NCBI GenBank assembly: GCA_002189035.1
Contig: NEEC01000397.1
Span: forward strand, 1-14,368
DNA from: Utricularia gibba
Taxonomy: Eukaryota > Plantae > Magnoliophyta
Length of the DNA: 14,368 bases
Reading direction: 5' to 3'
Both the position numbers and the translations under genes were made by a program. The notes below the pieces were generated by a model. That model saw only the letters and a list, made by a program, of their open reading frames with translations. It made no database searches and had not been told where the DNA came from. Of this stretch, positions 9,634-14,368 are shown piece after piece; the stretch's first letter is position 1; every line of letters starts with the position of its first letter.

Positions 9634-11196
9634 TTTGTAGCCCGGCAAAAAATTGATGCATTTATTAACGTTCGGCTTTATTAGGCTGCCTACATAGTTT
9701 CTCAAGGAAAAGCTTGTCGTTTCTGGGCGGGTGATGTCTTTTGGAACTTCGTTCTGACCAAGGTTCGGTCTGACTCCTTTGCCACATCGGGTCCTACTCG
9801 ACGAAAATCGTGATGCAGTTATTGAAGTTAGGATATCATGAGCACCCAAAATGGTTTTCTCAACCGCATGCTTTATATTTGATAAGGTGCTCTCGTGGGG
9901 CAACGGTATCGAGCAGGAGGTCGAGTCGAGCTCGGGCCCAGAGTCATTTGTAGCCGGCAAAAAATTGATGCATTTATTAACGTTCGGTTTTATTAGGCTG
10001 CCTACATAGTTTCTCAAGGAAAAGCTTGTCGTTTCTGGGCGGGTGATGTCTTTTGGAACTTCGTTCTGACCAAGGTTCGGTCTGACTCCTTTGCCACATC
10101 GGGTCCTACTCGACGAAAATCGTGATGCAGTTATTGAAGTTAGGATTCATGAGCACCCAAAATGGTTTTCTCAACCGCATGCTTTATATTTGATAAGGCA
10201 CTCTCGTGGGGCAACGGTATCGAGCAGGAGGTCGAGTCGAGCTCGGGCCCAGAGTCATTTGTAGCCCGGCAAAAAAATTGATGCATTTATTAACGTTCGG
10301 CTTTATTAGGCTGCCTACATAGTTTCTCAAGGAAAAGCTTGTCGTTTCTGGGCGGGTGATGTCTTTTGGAACTTCGTTCTGACCATAGGTTCGGTCTGAC
10401 TCCTTTGCCACATCGGGTCCTACTCGACGAAAATCGTGATGCAGTTATTGAAGTTAGGATATCATGAGCACCCAAAATGGTTTTCTCAACCGCATGCTTT
10501 ATATTTGATAAGGCACTCTCGTGGGCAACGGTATCGAGCAGGAGGTCGAGTCGAGCTCGGCCCAGAGTCATTTGTAGCCCGGCAAAAAAAATTGATGCAT
10601 TTATTAACGTTCGGCTTTATTAGGCTGCCTACATAGTTTCTCAAGGAAAAGCTTGTCGTTTCTGGGCGGGTGATGTCTTTTGGAACTTCGTTCTGACCAT
10701 AGGTTCGGTCTGACTCCTTTGCCACATCGGGTCCTACTCGACGAAAATCGTGATGCAGTTATTGAAGTTAGGATATCATGAGCACCCAAAATGTTTTCTC
10801 AACCGCATGCTTTATATTTGATAAGGCACTCTCGTGGGGCAACGGTATCGAGCAGAGGTCGAGTCGAGCTCGGCCCAGAGTCATTTGTAGCCCGGCAAAA
10901 AATTGATGCATTTATTAACGTTCGGCTTTATTAGGCTGCCTACATAGTTTCTCAAGGAAAAGCTTGTCGTTTCTGGGCGGGTGATGTCTTTTGGAACTTC
11001 GTTCTGACCATAGGTTCGGTCTGACTCCTTTGCCACATCGGGTCCTACTCGACGAAAATCGTGATGCAGTTATTGAAGTTAGGATATCATGAGCACCCAA
11101 AATGGTTTTCTCAACCGCATGCTTTATATTGATAAGGCACTCTCGTGGGGCAACGGTATCGAGCAGGAGGTCGAGTCGAGCTCGGGCCCAGAGTCA
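9634..11196 (+). repeat. Near-consensus beta-type run (M32-M36)
   Basis: Five monomers close to consensus with no T-rich variant monomer. M32-M33 retain CTGACCAAGG, and M33 has GGATTC. Confidence 0.8.
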
Positions 11197-13965
11197 TTTG
11201 TAGCCCGGCAAAAAATTGATGCATTTATTAACGTTCGGCTTTATTAGGCTGCCTACATAGTTTCTCAAGGAAAAGCTTGTCGTTTCTGGGCGGGTGATGT
11301 CGTTGGGAACTTCGTTCGACCAAGGTTCTGTCTGACTCCTTTGCCACATCGGGTCCTACTCGACGAAAATCGTGATGCAGTTATTGAAGTTAGGATTTCA
11401 TGAGCACCCAAAATGTTTTTCAACCGCATGCTTTATATTTAGGCGCTCTCGTGGGGCACGGTATCGGCAGGTCGAGTCGAGCTCGGCCCAGAGTCATTTG
11501 TAGCCCGCAAAAAATTGATGCATTTATTAACGTTCGGCTTTATTAGGCTGCCTACATAGTTTCTCAAGGAAAAGCTTGTCGTTTCTGGGCGGGTGATGTC
11601 GTTGGAACTTCGTTCTGACCAAGGTTCTGTCTGACTCCTTTGCCACATCGGGTCCTACTCGACGAAAATCGTGATGCAGTTATTGAAGTTAGGATTCATG
11701 AGCACCCAAAATGGTTTTCTCAACCGCATGCTTTATATTTGAGGAGGCGCTCTCGTGGGGCAACGGTATCGAGTAGGAGGTCGAGTCGAGCTCGGGCCCA
11801 GAGTCATTTGTAGCCGGCAAAAAATTGATGCATTTATTAACGTTGGTTTTATAGCTGCCTACATAGTTTCTCAAGGAAAAGCTTGTCGTTTCTGGCGGGT
11901 GATGTCGTTGGGAACTTCGTTCTGACCCAAGGTTCTGTCTGACTCCTTTGCCACATCGGGTCCTACTCGACGAAAATCGTGATGCAGTTATTGAAGTTAG
12001 GATTTCATGAGCACCCAAAATGGTTTTCTCAACCGCATGCTTTATATTTGATAAGGTGCTCTCGTGGGGCAACGGTATCGAGCAGGAGGTCGAGTCGAGC
12101 TCGGGCCCAGAGTCATTTGTAGCCGGCAAAAAAATTGATGCATTTATTAACGTTTTTTTAGGCTGCCTACATAGTTTTCTCAAGGAAAAGCTTGTCGTTT
12201 TTTGGGCGGGTGATGTCGTTGGAACTTCGTTCTGACCAAGGTTCGGTCTGACTCCTTTGCCACATCGGTCCTACTCGACGAAAATCGTGATGCAGTTATT
12301 GAAGTTAGGATTTCATGAGCACCCAAAATGTTTTCTCAACCGCATGCTTTATATTTGATAAGGCACTCTCGTGGGGCAACGGTATCGAGCAGGAGGTCGA
12401 GTCGAGCTCGGCCCAGAGTCATTTGTAGCCCGGCAAAAAAATTGATGCATTTATTAACGTTCGGCTTTATTAGGCTGCCTACATAGTTTCTCAAGGAAAA
12501 GCTTGTCGTTTCTGGGCGGGTGATGTCTTTTGGAACTTCGTTCTGACCATAGGTTCGGTGACTCCTTTGCCACATCGGGTCCTACTCGACGAAAATCGTG
12601 ATGCAGTTATTGAAGTTAGGATTCATGAGCACCCAAAATGGTTTTCTCAACCGCATGCTTTATATTTGATAAGGCACTCTCGTGGGCAACGGTATCGAGC
12701 AGGAGGTCGAGTCGAGCTCGGCCAGAGTCATTTGTAGCCCGGCAAAAAAATTGATGCATTTATTAACGTTCGGCTTTATTAGGCTGCCTACATAGTTTCT
12801 CAAGGAAAAGCTTGTCGTTTCTGGGCGGGTGATGTCTTTTGGAACTTCGTTCTGACCAAGGTTCGTCTGACTCCTTTGCCACATCGGGTCCTACTCGACG
12901 AAAATCGTGATGCAGTTATTGAAGTTAGGATTCATGAGCACCCAAAATGGTTTTCTCAACCGCATGCTTTATATTTGATAAGGCACTCTCGTGGGCAACG
13001 GTATCGAGCAGGAGGTCGAGTCGAGCTCGGGCCCAGAGTCATTTGTAGCCCGGCAAAAAATTGATGCATTTATTAACGTTCGGCTTTATTAGGCTGCCTA
13101 CATAGTTTCTCAAGGAAAAGCTTGTCGTTTCTGGCGGGTGATGTCGTTGGAACTTCGTTCTGACCCAAGGTTCGGTCTGACTCCTTTGCCACATCGGGTC
13201 CTACTCGACGAAAATCGTGATGCAGTTATTGAAGTTAGGATTTCATGAGCACCCAAAATGGTTTTTTCAACCGCATGCTTTATATTTTAAGGCGCTCTCG
13301 TGGGGCAACGGTATCGAGCAGGAGGTCGAGTCGAGCTCGCCCAGAGTCATTTGTAGCCCGCAAAAAAATTGATGCATTTATTAACGTTCGGCTTTATTAG
13401 GCCTACATAGTTTCTCAAGGAAAAGCTTGTCGTTTCTGGGCGGGTGATGTCTTTTGGGAACTTCGTTCTGACCATAGGTTCGGTCTGACTCCTTTGCCAC
13501 ATCGGGTCCTACTCGACGAAAATCGTGATGCAGTTATTGAAGTTAGGATATCATGAGCACCCAAAATGGTTTTCTCAACCGCATGCTTTATATTTGATAA
13601 GGTGCTCTCGTGGGGCAACGGTATCGAGTAGGAGGTCGAGTCGAGCTCGGGCCCATAGTCATTTGTAGCTCGGCAAAAAACTTGATGCATTTATTAACGG
13701 TTGGTTTTAATAGGCTGCCTAATGGTTTTCTCAAGGAAAAGCTTGTCGTTTTTGGGCGGGTGATGTCGTTGGAACTTCGTTCTGACCAAGGTTCGGTCTG
13801 ACTCCTTTGCCACATCGGTCCTACTCGACGAAAATCGTGATGCAGTTATTGAAGTTAGGATTTCATGAGCACCCAAAATGTTTTCTCAACCGCCTTTATA
13901 TTTGATAAGGCGCTCTCGTGGGGCAACGGTATCGAGCAGAGGTCGAGTCGAGCTCCCCAGAGTCA
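11197..13965 (+). repeat. Mosaic subfamily gamma block (M37-M45)
   Basis: The GGAT(T)TCATG allele occurs in M37-M43 and M45. Alpha-like TGTCGTTGG and GACC(C)AAGG are combined with beta-like flanks in M37-M40, M43 and M45. M37/M38/M40 correspond to M43/M44/M45. Confidence 0.75.
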
Positions 13966-14368
13966 TTTTTAGCCGGCAAAAAAATTGATGCATTTATTAA
14001 CGTTGGTTTTATTAGGCTGCCTACATAGTTTCTCAAGGAAAAGCTTGTCGTTTCTGGGCGGTGATGTCTTTTGGAACTTCGTTCTGACCATAGGTTCGTC
14101 TGACTCCTTTGCCACATCGGGTCCTACTCGACGAAAATCGTGATGCAGTTATTGAAGTTAGGATATCATGAGCACCCAAAAGGTTTTCTCAACCGCATGC
14201 TTTTATATTTGATAAGGCACTCTCGTGGGCAACGGTATCGAGCAGGAGGTCGAGTCGAGCTCGGCCCAGAGTCATTTGTAGCCCGGCAAAAAAATTGATG
14301 CATTTATTAACGTTCGGCTTTATTAGGCTGCCTACATAGTTTCTCAAGGAAAAGCTTGTCGTTTCTGG

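Larger units (their letters stand above)
1..14368 (+). repeat. Tandem satellite DNA array, ~314-bp monomer, 46 full copies + 1 partial, head-to-tail
   Basis: The motif TTTGTAGC..CAAAAAAATTGATGCATTTATTAACG recurs at 1, 312, 624, 933, 1242, 1553, 1863, 2160, 2473, 2784, 3096, 3410, 3722, 4039, 4349, 4662, 4977, 5293, 5603, 5917, 6230, 6543, 6854, 7169, 7486, 7793, 8105, 8407, 8708, 9016, 9326, 9634, 9947, 10258, 10571, 10884, 11197, 11497, 11807, 12116, 12422, 12731, 13042, 13350, 13662, 13966 and 14275 (monomers M1-M47). There is no non-repeat spacer and no inversion. Consensus by hand: TTTGTAGCCCGGCAAAAAAATTGATGCATTTATTAACGTTCGGCTTTATTAGGCTGCCTACATAGTTTCTCAAGGAAAAGCTTGTCGTTTCTGGGCGGGTGATGTCTTTTGGAACTTCGTTCTGACCATAGGTTCGGTCTGACTCCTTTGCCACATCGGGTCCTACTCGACGAAAATCGTGATGCAGTTATTGAAGTTAGGATATCATGAGCACCCAAAATGGTTTTCTCAACCGCATGCTTTATATTTGATAAGGCACTCTCGTGGGGCAACGGTATCGAGCAGGAGGTCGAGTCGAGCTCGGCCCAGAGTCA (314 bp, 146 G+C). 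Confidence 0.99.
1..14368. repeat. Probable Silene latifolia-type distal-end/subtelomeric satellite (SacI / X43.1 family)
   Basis: Seen in sequence: monomer ~313-315 bp, ~53.5% AT, a single GAGCTC (SacI) site per unit kept in 44 of 46 monomers (e.g. 294-299), and weak telomere-like hexamers (TTAGGC, TTAGGA). Recalled knowledge, not checked here: the S. latifolia SacI subtelomeric satellite has a ~313-bp, ~53% AT monomer, and a related KpnI subfamily exists. GGTATC in this consensus is one base from a KpnI site (GGTACC). The assignment rests on these properties, not on an alignment. Confidence 0.6.

Noticed and set aside
69-14117. Dozens of 60-204-aa ORFs on both strands (e.g. MPHESALSNIKHAVEKT..., MAKESDRTYGQNEVPK..., MMQLLKLGYHEHPK...)
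   Set aside because: They are translations of the same satellite monomer. Frames open and close with random 1-bp indels, the 314-bp unit does not preserve frame, and I recognise no protein domain.
1-14368. CRISPR array
   Set aside because: There are no unique spacers: the entire unit repeats, it is far longer than a CRISPR repeat, and no cas genes are present.
1-14368. Identity with the similarly sized (~312 bp, from memory) wild-beet Sau3AI satellite pTS4.1, or with ~155-bp grass centromere repeats CentO/CentC
   Set aside because: The consensus has no GATC site, and I see no resemblance to the CentO/CentC sequences as I recall them. The match is in size only.
1-14368. Rolling-circle or concatemer artefact of a single 314-bp circle
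   Set aside because: Monomers carry linked, block-structured substitution haplotypes that recur kilobases apart, which repeated copying of one template cannot generate.

Overview
The whole 14,368-bp window is one uninterrupted, head-to-tail satellite DNA array: 46 complete monomers plus a 94-bp partial copy, all in the same orientation. I found no unique sequence, protein-coding gene, RNA gene, transposon or CRISPR array, and all listed ORFs are re-readings of the repeat. The hand-built consensus is about 314 bp (observed monomers about 297-317 bp) and about 53-54% AT, with one SacI site (GAGCTC) per unit. From memory, these properties match the Silene latifolia subtelomeric/distal-end satellite (SacI / X43.1 family, about 313 bp, about 53% AT); I have not confirmed this by alignment. 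The structure inside the repeat is the interesting part. (1) Each monomer is a hidden ancient dimer of two ~156-158-bp subunits. (2) Three subfamily blocks alternate along the array. (3) A 2-mer higher-order repeat and a variable-length one (9, 7, then 5 monomers) are present. (4) A ~150-bp variant cassette crosses the monomer boundary and segregates independently of the other half. (5) A CG/TG/CA tri-allelic site and CHG-context transitions record cytosine-methylation decay. (6) A sharp recombination-like junction with a 9-bp duplication lies at ~8640-8707. Many homopolymer indels suggest noisy long-read data, so single-copy indels should be treated with caution. All monomer numbering, counts and the consensus were derived by eye.
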